DNA of 64,000 bases from Patescibacteria group bacterium (GTDB lineage: Bacteria > Patescibacteriota > JAHJAL01), in contig JBAZOB010000001.1 in NCBI GenBank assembly GCA_041648895.1, positions 15,093-79,092 of the forward strand, given 5' to 3'. The notes below the pieces were generated by a model. The model was not told where the DNA came from and ran no database searches. It saw only the letters and a program-made list of their open reading frames with translations. The position numbers and the translations under genes were made by a program. Shown here piece after piece: positions 55,715-64,000 of the stretch (positions are counted from its first letter, which is position 1; every line of letters begins with the position of its first letter).

Positions 55715-55896
55715 AGAGTGAGGGTGTGGGGTTAGATGATCAAACGGCTTTTACTAATCAATAGTTCATAAGTTGTCTTTGCTGGAGTATTTTTTGAAAG
55801 CACGCTCTCTGTGGCGTGTTTTGATTTATGGGCGTATTTATGTTATGGTGACTGGCATGTCAATGTTATTGCATTAGAGAAAGTTAAGGATAAACT
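55715..55896. repeat. Conserved intergenic module, copy 5: AGAGTGAGGGTGTGGGGT ... TTTTTTGAAAGCACGCTCTCTGTGGCGTGTTTTG.
   Basis: Same stop-proximal GTGAG-GGTGTGGGGT box and CACGC/GCGTG hairpin. Confidence 0.65.
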
Positions 55897-57759
55897 ATGA
55901 AAAAATTGGGAATGCCGGATAAATTAGAATTTTGTGATCAAAATAATAATTCTCCCGCTGACAATTATTATGAAGAAAAGGTTGCTTCGGAGGCAGCTTT
56001 GAAAAATGAGTTTGTGGGGAGTGAAAACTATTGTGCCGAAAAAATTGAGGGGAAAAGTGACCTTGGGCTGGAAGAAGCAGATAATATCCGGCAGATTGAG
56101 CGGATTGGAGAAGAGATAAAAGAGTACAGAGAGAAAAAAGATTCCGAAATTCAAAATGAGTCAAGTATTGGTATTGATTATGAAAAGTTTGATAGATTTT
56201 ATGATAATTATGTTTCGGGTCTTCCGCGGCCGAAAGGTGTGTGGCAGAGAATGAAACAATGGTGGAATAGTCCGGATAAAGGCTGGCGCCGGAGTATTAT
56301 TGATTTGAATGATGCGATATTTCGTTTTCCTTTGGCGCGGTATAGCCGTTTTGCTGGTGTGATTGAGGAAAGTACGGATGAAGATTCGAGTTCCGAAGAA
56401 TTGGCCGCGTCACTGGCGGCTATTGACCGGTTTTGGAAAGAATATGGCTATGGTGGCGCTGACGATTATGGAACAATACGTTTATTAAGAGAACACCGGA
56501 GGTTGACGGAAACTTTAATAAAAAGAAGCAGCCTGGAGGATAAAGAAGGTGGACGGGATAAACAATTGGCGAAAGTGAGCGCTGGATTTGTCCGGGAAGA
56601 TGGCAGAGAAATATTAAAAATTGGATTTGTCGAAACCGATTCCAAACAGTGCCAGAATAAGTCTGCACAAGATATGGAGGCGCTGGTTGAGCAGATAATG
56701 GATAAATATCGATACTGGCGCGGGATTAAAAAGCGAAAGGTGAATCACGACAGATTTGATACCGCCGGGTCCAAAATGTCAGAATTTGAAAAAACTCTAC
56801 TGGCCATTAACTGTGTTTTGGGGCTGGGGGCGTTGTTGGTGACTTCTTGGTCGAATGATAAAAAAATGGAAACGAATGTCTCGTCCTGGCCTAAATCAAA
56901 GAGCGCGATCAATGTCAGGGTGGATAAAGCCGGAAGTGAGTCAGTCGGTGTTGAAAGTAGGCAGGATTTTTATTGGAAGAGGATAGTAAAGTTGGCCAGG
57001 GAAAAGGGAATTGATGTTAATCAATATGTTAAAGCAGCAATGACGGATAAATTCTCCTGGGAAATGATGGATTCGGAAAACGAAAATCTGCTGTTAAATA
57101 ATACCGATTTGATCCCGGGAAATTATGAGACGTTTGACCAATTCAAGCTGGTTTGTGTTTTTCGTTCTTTACACCGGCAGTATTTCGATACACACAAAAA
57201 GTATTTAAAGTTGATGACAAAACATCCCAATTCGATTTGGGGTGTGGAGACGATTGGTGAGTTTTTGTGGCGTTTGCGTATTTTGAGGACTGATCGTCAG
57301 ATGATGGAAAATGAAGTTGCTGTTCGTGGCCAAGATCTATCAAAACCATCTTTGGTAAACAATGACCGAGTTAATTATATTAATAATAATTCGGCCGGGG
57401 TAAATATTACCAAAATTGATCATTCCGGCACTCCTTTACCCGGCCGAGAGTTGACGACGGAAATGATATGTAAATTGGCGTTTGAAAATTTGGGATTGGT
57501 GGACGAGTTGGGCTATGACAATACCAAACCTCCCGAAGTTCCTCCACCCATACCCGGGGTACCGTTACCATTGACCGGTTCTTGGTCCGGGGCCAAAGAG
57601 GAAAATAAGAATTTTAAGCCGGAAATCCCGCAATTGCCCGGATTGGCATCGGAAAAATCCATACCAAAACCTCCTTCTTCAATTGATCCTTCGCAGCTGG
57701 GAAGTAATTTGCCCGGAGTGAATGAAACTTCATCCGGTAATAAAGAGGGTGAAAAATAA
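55897..57759 (+). CDS. Large hypothetical protein with a Pro-rich C-terminal tail.
   Basis: 620 aa. C-terminal PPEVPPPIPGVPLPLTG...PKPPSSIDPS. No catalytic motif recognised. Confidence 0.4.
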   Translation: MKKLGMPDKLEFCDQNNNSPADNYYEEKVASEAALKNEFVGSENYCAEKIEGKSDLGLEEADNIRQIERIGEEIKEYREKKDSEIQNESSIGIDYEKFDRFYDNYVSGLPRPKGVWQRMKQWWNSPDKGWRRSIIDLNDAIFRFPLARYSRFAGVIEESTDEDSSSEELAASLAAIDRFWKEYGYGGADDYGTIRLLREHRRLTETLIKRSSLEDKEGGRDKQLAKVSAGFVREDGREILKIGFVETDSKQCQNKSAQDMEALVEQIMDKYRYWRGIKKRKVNHDRFDTAGSKMSEFEKTLLAINCVLGLGALLVTSWSNDKKMETNVSSWPKSKSAINVRVDKAGSESVGVESRQDFYWKRIVKLAREKGIDVNQYVKAAMTDKFSWEMMDSENENLLLNNTDLIPGNYETFDQFKLVCVFRSLHRQYFDTHKKYLKLMTKHPNSIWGVETIGEFLWRLRILRTDRQMMENEVAVRGQDLSKPSLVNNDRVNYINNNSAGVNITKIDHSGTPLPGRELTTEMICKLAFENLGLVDELGYDNTKPPEVPPPIPGVPLPLTGSWSGAKEENKNFKPEIPQLPGLASEKSIPKPPSSIDPSQLGSNLPGVNETSSGNKEGEK

Positions 57760-57862
57760 AACTGATTCGTTGATTATGAAACAGGAGGACTACTAAGTAG
57801 TGGTTCTTTAGTGGCGTGTTTTTTATGTGTGTTACAATGAAGAAAATTGTAATAAAGTTTTT
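57760..57862. repeat. Conserved intergenic module, copy 6, partial: GGTTCTTTAGTGGCGTGTTTTTTATG.
   Basis: Retains the GGCGTGTTTT half of the hairpin and a GGTTC box. It marks the right edge of the array. Confidence 0.45.
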
Positions 57863-58375
57863 ATGAAAATATATCTAGCCGGTAGTGTGCCCAAGGGTGA
57901 TAAAGATGCTAAATCTTTTGATGATTGGCGGGTTAGATATCGACAGGCGGTGAGTGAATATATTGATGCGGAATATATTGACCCATATGAAAGGGATCTG
58001 CCGGAAGATGATTTTTTGTGTATTTTTGGTAAAGACTGTTTACAGGTGGAAAGTGCTGATTTACTACTGGTTTGTGCCGAAAATAAACCGGGAGTGGGAA
58101 CTTCTCAAGAGTTAGTGATTGCCAAAATGTTTAAGAAACCGGTGATTACTGTATTGCCGAAAGATTCACCCAGTCGGAGATCAAATGTTGTTTTTCGGGG
58201 GAAGATGATCAAAGATTGGATTCATCCGTTTATTTTTGCCTTTTCGGATGTGATTATTGAAGATATTGCCGAGATTGGAAGAGTCCTGCCGGAGTTGAAA
58301 GAGATGGTTCCAAAAGATATTTCGATAGTGGAGGAGGCAATGGAACATTGCCGATCGATTGAGGGAAATGGGTGA
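57863..58375 (+). CDS. Nucleoside 2-deoxyribosyltransferase-like protein.
   Basis: N-terminal MKIYLAGS, then later acidic residues. The start is trimmed to the internal ATG. Assignment is tentative. Confidence 0.4.
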   Translation: MKIYLAGSVPKGDKDAKSFDDWRVRYRQAVSEYIDAEYIDPYERDLPEDDFLCIFGKDCLQVESADLLLVCAENKPGVGTSQELVIAKMFKKPVITVLPKDSPSRRSNVVFRGKMIKDWIHPFIFAFSDVIIEDIAEIGRVLPELKEMVPKDISIVEEAMEHCRSIEGNG

Positions 58376-58430
58376 GTTTGTTGTTATAATTAATCTAGTG
58401 AGTATTATTTTTTTAATTGATGGAGGTTTT

Positions 58431-58829
58431 ATGAAAAATCCGATTATCCATTTTGAAATTCCCGTCGATGATGTGGAGCGGGCGAGGAAATTTTATGGTG
58501 AATCGTTCGGCTGGGGGTTTAGTCGGTTTGAGATGCCGGAAGACGAGTATTGGCTGGTGCAAACGACGGAAATGGATGAGAAAATGAAGCCAACATCGCC
58601 GGGGATCAATGGTGGAATGATGAAACGTAAAGACCCCTCTCAGCCGTTTATGAATTATATCACAGTTGAGTCGATCGATGAGATGATAAAAGTGATCGAA
58701 AAGAATGGTGGCTTGATGGTGATGCCCAAGATGGAAATTGGTCAAGGCATGGGTTATATGGCCGCTTTTAAGGATACGGAAGGTAATCTAATGGGATTGC
58801 ATCAGGAAGAGAAGAAGATGACGGAATAG
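58431..58829 (+). CDS. VOC/glyoxalase-bleomycin-resistance family protein.
   Basis: MKNPIIHFEIPVDDVERARKFYGESFGW; C-terminal GYMAAFKDTEGNLMGL. GGAGG RBS 8 nt upstream. Paralog at 61240. Confidence 0.65.
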   Translation: MKNPIIHFEIPVDDVERARKFYGESFGWGFSRFEMPEDEYWLVQTTEMDEKMKPTSPGINGGMMKRKDPSQPFMNYITVESIDEMIKVIEKNGGLMVMPKMEIGQGMGYMAAFKDTEGNLMGLHQEEKKMTE

Positions 58830-59027
58830 GCTACTTAAAAAGACTTAGCGTTTAATGGCTGAGGTTTTTTGATTTTTGCGTCGAAATCTTTCTGGACATT
58901 GATTTTAGTAGTTTATTTTTCCAGCCAGGTTTGGCTTGGGTAGCTATAATAATAGGTATTTTTTTTGTTTAGATTATAGTTTGTTATAGTGAAAACGGGG
59001 ATAATTTTTTTGAGGAATGTTCATATC

Positions 59028-60725
59028 ATGAAAAATATATGGGTGTGGGTGGTAGTATTGGGATTAAATTTTTTTAATCTGCCGGCAGTGTTGGCGGATA
59101 GTGAGGGATATACTATAGAAAATATAACTTCTAGAGCGATTTCACCTTCAACGGCTATGGGAAATGCGGAAATGCAGGTTTCCGGTCATAAAGTCTATTA
59201 TCTTTGGCATCAGTTTGATGGAACATATTGGCAAATGTGGATGGCTGTTTCAGATCTTGATGGAAGTAATTTTGCCGCTGCTTTGTTGACAACGGGCAAT
59301 GTTAATACTTTATATGGACAATTCGAAGTAGAAGGAGAAAAAATATATTATGTTTATGGTCGATTAATTGGGCGGTGGGAAATTCATACAGCAACTTCTG
59401 ATTTGGATGGTAGTAATTTTGTGCCGGTTCAGCAAACTTTCAATGATGGCTTTCGAAATTATTATGGCTATCAATTAGATGTGCATGAAAATAATATATA
59501 TTATACTTTTGTTTGTGATTATCCCAGCTATCCCATTTATACTGCGGTGGCTGATAGGAATGGGGGAAACTGGTCAGCAACTATCAAGGTAGCGTCTAGT
59601 GGTCAATGGGATCGTGGACCGCAATTGATTGTGTCTGAATCAAAAATATATTATGTCTGGCAGGTGAGTGATGGATCTTCTGATCAAATATGGACATCTG
59701 TTTCCGACTTGAATGGTTCTAATTTTGTGACGACTAAGAGAACAACTACAGCCGGACATAAATATGGTAATCAATTCGTGATTGATGGGACGAAATTATA
59801 TTATGCATGGGTGGAGAGTGATGGGGCGAATTATCAGATTTGGACTGCATCAATGAATACTGATGATAGTGGTTGGATGCCGACAAAATTGACTAATATA
59901 CCATATGACAGTGTCGGTCCGAGAATAATGGTTAACAGATCAAAATTATATTACCTTTATACCACCAGTGATGGTACAAATTTTCAGGTTTGGTTGGGCA
60001 ATGCCAATTTTGATGGGACGGGGTTTTTAACTGAACAAAAGACTTTTTCGGCATTTTCGAAAAGATATGTGTCTTTATGGGTTGATGAGACCAACATACA
60101 TTATTTGTGGGATGAGTTGCACACTCCGAATCGTCAAATTATGTGGGCTAATGGACATTATCAAATTATCCAAGATGAATCTACCACTGTTACTGCCAGT
60201 GTTCCCTCGACTTTAACTTTTACAGTCGCTGGTGTATCCAGTGGCAATGCCTGTGCCAACTCGGGTGGTAGCGCCAGTGTGACAACCACTGCTTCAACCA
60301 TTCCCTTTGGAACATACACTGGCGCCCAAACCAAGATTGCTTGCCAGACTCTGACAATTTCGACTAACGCGACAAGTGGTTATGCCGTGACGGTGCAGCA
60401 AAATCAGGATTTGACTTCGGCTAATGCTGATGTCATGGATAAATTTTCTGGGACTTATGGGTCACCAACGATCTGGTCAATGCCGCCGGGAAGTGGCACG
60501 GAATCGTATTTTGGTTTTACGACCGATGATAATGATTATGTAGATTTTCAAGTTAATAAATATGGTTCTTTTGGGACTAATGATACGCCATACAATATGG
60601 TAGTAGAAACTGATCCGGCGGTGGATGAAGTGAATGTGGTGAGTTATCAACTGGAGGTGACGGATCTGCAGGAGAGTGGTGTTTATACTAATAATATTAT
60701 GTATATTGCCACGGCTATATATTAA
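59028..60725 (+). CDS. Secreted repeat protein, likely a beta-propeller with degenerate Asp-box (BNR-like) repeats, plus a C-terminal Thr/Ser-rich domain.
   Basis: Signal peptide MKNIWVWVVVLGLNFFNLPAVLA. Six repeats contain KIYYVW/KLYYAW followed by S-D-L-D-G-S-N-F type motifs. Start trimmed to the internal ATG. Confidence 0.5.
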   Translation: MKNIWVWVVVLGLNFFNLPAVLADSEGYTIENITSRAISPSTAMGNAEMQVSGHKVYYLWHQFDGTYWQMWMAVSDLDGSNFAAALLTTGNVNTLYGQFEVEGEKIYYVYGRLIGRWEIHTATSDLDGSNFVPVQQTFNDGFRNYYGYQLDVHENNIYYTFVCDYPSYPIYTAVADRNGGNWSATIKVASSGQWDRGPQLIVSESKIYYVWQVSDGSSDQIWTSVSDLNGSNFVTTKRTTTAGHKYGNQFVIDGTKLYYAWVESDGANYQIWTASMNTDDSGWMPTKLTNIPYDSVGPRIMVNRSKLYYLYTTSDGTNFQVWLGNANFDGTGFLTEQKTFSAFSKRYVSLWVDETNIHYLWDELHTPNRQIMWANGHYQIIQDESTTVTASVPSTLTFTVAGVSSGNACANSGGSASVTTTASTIPFGTYTGAQTKIACQTLTISTNATSGYAVTVQQNQDLTSANADVMDKFSGTYGSPTIWSMPPGSGTESYFGFTTDDNDYVDFQVNKYGSFGTNDTPYNMVVETDPAVDEVNVVSYQLEVTDLQESGVYTNNIMYIATAIY

Positions 60726-60922
60726 AAGTTGGTGTGCCGATATATCGTATGTTTCAATAAATATGGGATAAATATGGTAGTTTTACGGAAATATTCCGGG
60801 CGGTTAATTCGTCCGGAATTTTAATTGATTTGTAATATTATTTTAATTCAATTGAAATTTCAGCTGATCGGGAATCCGGTACAATAAAGGTAAGAAGAAG
60901 ATTTATTTATTAATTTATCAAT

Positions 60923-61222
60923 ATGTATATCATCCGGGAAGTGTTTACGGCCAAGCCAGGACAGGCTTCGAAATTGGCGGTGATGTTTAAAAAATGGGGG
61001 AAAGGGGCGAAGTTTCGGGTAATGACCGATATGGTGGGCAACTACAATACGGTGGTGATGGAGATGGAGGTGGGTAGTCTGGCCGAGTTTGAAAAGGAAA
61101 TGCAGCAGTACCGGTCAGGGGAGGCGGAAAAGAAGATGTCAAAAAAAGATCATCAGGAGATGAAAAAGTATCAGGAAATGTATCTCACCGGCCGGCGGGA
61201 AATTTATCAAATAGTCGAGTAA
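60923..61222 (+). CDS. Hypothetical small protein.
   Basis: 99-aa ORF; no motif recognised. Confidence 0.4.
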   Translation: MYIIREVFTAKPGQASKLAVMFKKWGKGAKFRVMTDMVGNYNTVVMEMEVGSLAEFEKEMQQYRSGEAEKKMSKKDHQEMKKYQEMYLTGRREIYQIVE

Positions 61223-61239
61223 ATCAAAAAAGGAGATAT

Positions 61240-61638
61240 ATGAATAAAATGAGTCCAGTAGTTCATTTTGAAATGCCTTATGAAGATCATGAGCGATTAA
61301 AGAAGTTTTATGAAGGCGTGTTTGGTTGGCAGATGAATAAATTGGGGGAGGAAATGGGGCAATATGTGCTGGCGACCACCGCCGAGACAGATGAAAAGCA
61401 GATGATTAAACAACCGGGGGCGATCAATGGTGGTTTTTTCCCACAGGATCCGGCCAAGCCGTTGGTGCCGTCGGTGGTTATTGCAGTTGAGGATATCAAG
61501 GGGGCAATGGCTAATATCAAGATGGCGGGGGGAGAGGTACTGGGGGAGCCGATGGAGATTCCGGGGATTGGGCACTATGTTTCTTTTCGGGATACAGAGG
61601 GGAATCGGGTGGGCATACTCCAGCCGGTGAGTAAATAG
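61240..61638 (+). CDS. VOC/glyoxalase family protein, paralog of 58431..58829.
   Basis: MSPVVHFEMPYEDHERLKKFYEGVFGW...GHYVSFRDTEGNRVGIL. Confidence 0.65.
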   Translation: MNKMSPVVHFEMPYEDHERLKKFYEGVFGWQMNKLGEEMGQYVLATTAETDEKQMIKQPGAINGGFFPQDPAKPLVPSVVIAVEDIKGAMANIKMAGGEVLGEPMEIPGIGHYVSFRDTEGNRVGILQPVSK

Positions 61639-61657
61639 TCACGTTAATCTCAAAAAT

Positions 61658-62041
61658 ATGACAAAAGCGAATTATGTAGATGGTTTTGTACTGGTAGTGC
61701 CGAAAGAGAAAGTGTCGGCGTATCGCCGGATGGCTTTGGAAGCGGGAAAAATTTGGAAAAAATTTGGTGCTTTGGATTATAAGGAATGTATGCTTGATGA
61801 TGTCAAGCCTGAATGGGTGACTTTAACTTTTCCGAAATTGGCTAAAGCTAAAAAAGACGAAACTGTCTGGTTTTCCTATATTACTTTTAAATCCCGCGCT
61901 CACCGTGATCAGGTTAACGCGCGGGTGATGCAGGCAATGGAAAAGAAGTATGACCATCAGGACAAAAAGCAAATGGAAAAGATGCCTTTTGACATGAAAC
62001 GGATGGCCTATGGTGGATTCAGAGTAATGGTAGATGCCTAA
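61658..62041 (+). CDS. DUF1428/YbaA-like protein.
   Basis: MTKANYVDGFVLVVPKEK...VWFSYITFKSRAHRD resembles the DUF1428 family. Tentative. Confidence 0.4.
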   Translation: MTKANYVDGFVLVVPKEKVSAYRRMALEAGKIWKKFGALDYKECMLDDVKPEWVTLTFPKLAKAKKDETVWFSYITFKSRAHRDQVNARVMQAMEKKYDHQDKKQMEKMPFDMKRMAYGGFRVMVDA

Positions 62042-62225
62042 GTTTTTTGAAAATTAAAACAATTATTGATAAATAAAAGAGAAAACAGCGTGGTTTCCTC
62101 TTTTATTTATTTTCAACTTGCTTAAATAGTAATGCCATCGATGATAAAATGAAATCATGGATCAGTGGTGTTGGCCTGGGTGACGGAGATTAGTGTTAAT
62201 GAATATATATTATATTGTTTAAATT

Positions 62226-62639
62226 ATGTCGGCCTTACTCTATTTGTTAATTTTCTTAGTATTGTTGATATATTGTTGTTATCAGGTGATAACCATCAAT
62301 AAAGATAGTGTGAATATATATTTGTGGCTGCTTAATTTGTTGTTTTGGATATTTTTGATCGTGGTTAGTGGTGGTGAAGCCATGTTATCAGCAGAGGAGA
62401 TGGTAACATTTTGGATAAAGATTTTTTTGGCTGTTTTGGCAGTGTTGATAACCACTTTCGTCGTCAAAGATATAATTTATTATTTGCTGGCTGGTCAGAA
62501 AAAACAAGTTAGAAAAATGGGGGTAGTTTTGGTTTGGGCCTTGGTGGGCTGGGGAATAATTTTTGCTTTCTATGCTATTTTAGTAACAGTCACTACGCAT
62601 TCGCCATACTCGGACATGACTAATTTAATTGTTAATTGA
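62226..62639 (+). CDS. Hypothetical membrane protein with about four TM helices.
   Basis: Hydrophobic throughout. Its C-terminal GWGIIFAFYAILVTV is reminiscent of the pilin C-termini, but it lacks the GG.YITAGGNEE motif. Confidence 0.4.
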   Translation: MSALLYLLIFLVLLIYCCYQVITINKDSVNIYLWLLNLLFWIFLIVVSGGEAMLSAEEMVTFWIKIFLAVLAVLITTFVVKDIIYYLLAGQKKQVRKMGVVLVWALVGWGIIFAFYAILVTVTTHSPYSDMTNLIVN

Positions 62640-62646
62640 AAAGTTG

Positions 62647-62985
62647 ATGAAAAAAATTAATATTGCTGATGTAATTGAAATGGGGGTCAGACAAAACCCC
62701 AAGATCAAAAAGAAAGTGTTGATTGATCGGGGTGAGGTGCCGCGATTGATGGTATTTGGCCAGGCGACTTTTCAGCCCGGACAGACGGTGGCGGAACATC
62801 AGCACGAGACCATGTTTGAAATATTCTTTATTCAATCCGGGCGAGCAGATTTTATCATTGATGGTCAGAAAGTGGAATTAAAAACTGGTGATTGTTTAAC
62901 CATTGTGCCGGGTGAGATGCACGCTCAAACAAATCCATATGATGAAAAAGTGACTTGGTTGTATTTTGGTGTCGCCACGGAATAA
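62647..62985 (+). CDS. Cupin-domain protein.
   Basis: QPGQTVAEHQHETMFEIFFIQSGRADFIIDGQKVELKTGDCLTIVPGEMHA has the cupin_2 pattern with two His/Glu motifs. Confidence 0.55.
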   Translation: MKKINIADVIEMGVRQNPKIKKKVLIDRGEVPRLMVFGQATFQPGQTVAEHQHETMFEIFFIQSGRADFIIDGQKVELKTGDCLTIVPGEMHAQTNPYDEKVTWLYFGVATE

Positions 62986-62996
62986 AATTACTAATA

Positions 62997-63335
62997 ATGT
63001 TAATCAAGAAATTACAAACCAGGCAGAAGGTTAATTCAAAGACTTGTCGGGTCTTCGAATATGATTTTCACCGGCCAAATTTGGGGGTGGCCCAAGTGGA
63101 AATTAATGGTAATTATCCGGAATATGGTTGGGCGATGAATAAAGAGTCTGATCAGATTATTTATTGTTTGACGGGAAAATTGGTGGTCGAGTGTAATCAA
63201 GATAAATATGAATTGGGACCGGATGACGCGGTGTTTATTGATAAAGGTGATAAGTATTGGTTAAATGGTCAGTGTGTTTTGGTGGTGATCAATAGTCCGG
63301 AGTGGACACTGGAACAATATTGCATTATTCGCTAG
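62997..63335 (+). CDS. Cupin-domain protein, second copy.
   Basis: GKLVVECNQDKYELGPDDAVFIDKGDKYWL is cupin-like. Start trimmed to MLIKKLQ. Confidence 0.45.
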   Translation: MLIKKLQTRQKVNSKTCRVFEYDFHRPNLGVAQVEINGNYPEYGWAMNKESDQIIYCLTGKLVVECNQDKYELGPDDAVFIDKGDKYWLNGQCVLVVINSPEWTLEQYCIIR

Positions 63336-63406
63336 GGGGGGGTAGCAGTTGTTGATGGAAGAAATATTATTAATAAAAGACCAGTCTAGCTGGTCTTTTC
63401 TGTTAT

Positions 63407-64000
63407 TTATCGACTATGTTTTCGGTGGTGACGGGGACGGAATTTTTTCTTTTCATACTGATAGTCGGAGTGGGGTGAGTCGGGTGGAGCCGGAGGTAGG
63501 GGGGGCAGGGTAAGTATGGGCAGAGATTGTCGGATGAGGCGTTCAATTTTTTTAATACTAAATTTCTGAGCGGGGGTGACAAAGGAAATGGCTTTACCGG
63601 AACGACCGGCGCGGCCGGTGCGGCCGATGCGGTGGACATAGTCTTCCAGATTATCGGGTAGGTCAAAATTGATCACCATATCAATATCTTTGACGTCAAT
63701 CCCGCGGGCGGCAATGTCGGTGGCGACCATAATGCGAAATTCACCAGTGGAGAATCCCTTCATGGCTAGTTTTCTTTGGGCTTGCGAGCGGTTGGAATGG
63801 ATTTCGGTGGCGGTGTGACCCAAGCGGCGGATATCGCTGGCGATACGTTTGGCGCCATGTTTGGTACGAGCGAAAATCAGGGCTTTATGTTGGGGGTATT
63901 GCTGCAACAGAGAATCAATCAGTCGCATTTTATTATTTTTGGGAATGATAAATATTTCTTGGGTGATATTGTCGGCGGAAGTACCCTGGGGAGCAATTTC
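63407..64000 (-). CDS. DEAD-box RNA helicase, C-terminal portion; the gene continues beyond the window end.
   Basis: ALIFARTKHGAKRIASDI...ATDIAARGIDVKDIDMVINFDLP...HRIGRTGRAGRSG covers motifs V-VI. The reading frame stays open to position 64000. Confidence 0.75.
   Translation of the reverse strand, partial: EIAPQGTSADNITQEIFIIPKNNKMRLIDSLLQQYPQHKALIFARTKHGAKRIASDIRRLGHTATEIHSNRSQAQRKLAMKGFSTGEFRIMVATDIAARGIDVKDIDMVINFDLPDNLEDYVHRIGRTGRAGRSGKAISFVTPAQKFSIKKIERLIRQSLPILTLPPLPPAPPDSPHSDYQYEKKKFRPRHHRKHSR

Overview
This is a 64 kb stretch of a small, AT-rich genome of about 38-42% GC. It has several Patescibacteria/CPR-like traits: arrays of PF18895-type TrbC/VirB2 pilins, a lysine-rich RpoD N-terminus, and tRNAs with no encoded CCA.

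Layout:
1. 0.4-12.3 kb is a conjugation-like type IV secretion/pilus locus. It holds a split VirB4 ATPase, a VirB3-like protein, two VirB6-like paralogs and seven tandem VirB2-like pilin paralogs.
2. 12.3-34.1 kb is housekeeping: a sugar-binding lipoprotein, GalU, Hsp20, two multidomain cell-wall hydrolases with FW-like repeats, a HExxH metallopeptidase-domain protein, FtsB-like, tRNA-Ser, RlmC-like, an FkbM methyltransferase, RsmE, PyrG, DnaG, RpoD and an MFS transporter.
3. From 34.2 kb, tRNA-Asn with an overlapping large serine recombinase opens an AT-rich integrated island. It contains an excisionase-like HTH gene, a four-gene SNF2 helicase / small unknown / N6-adenine methyltransferase / type III Res module, a SpoVG-like gene, and an AAA+ ATPase with a wHTH domain.
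4. 50.7-58.4 kb is an array of unrelated single genes (radical SAM, amidohydrolase, DUF3800, kinase and others) separated by a conserved intergenic repeat module.
5. 58.4-64 kb is back at host-like composition: two VOC/glyoxalase genes, a BNR-type repeat protein, cupins and a partial DEAD-box helicase.

Several repeat families punctuate the window. GC-rich palindromic MITE-like elements have AATTACGAAT-type heptamer arms; related copies sit in frame inside rlmC-like and rsmE. Two roughly 200-230 bp palindromic elements share a conserved core. ACTTGATCC palindromes split or flank T4SS genes.

Coordinates of hand-located repeats are good to about +/-2 nt.
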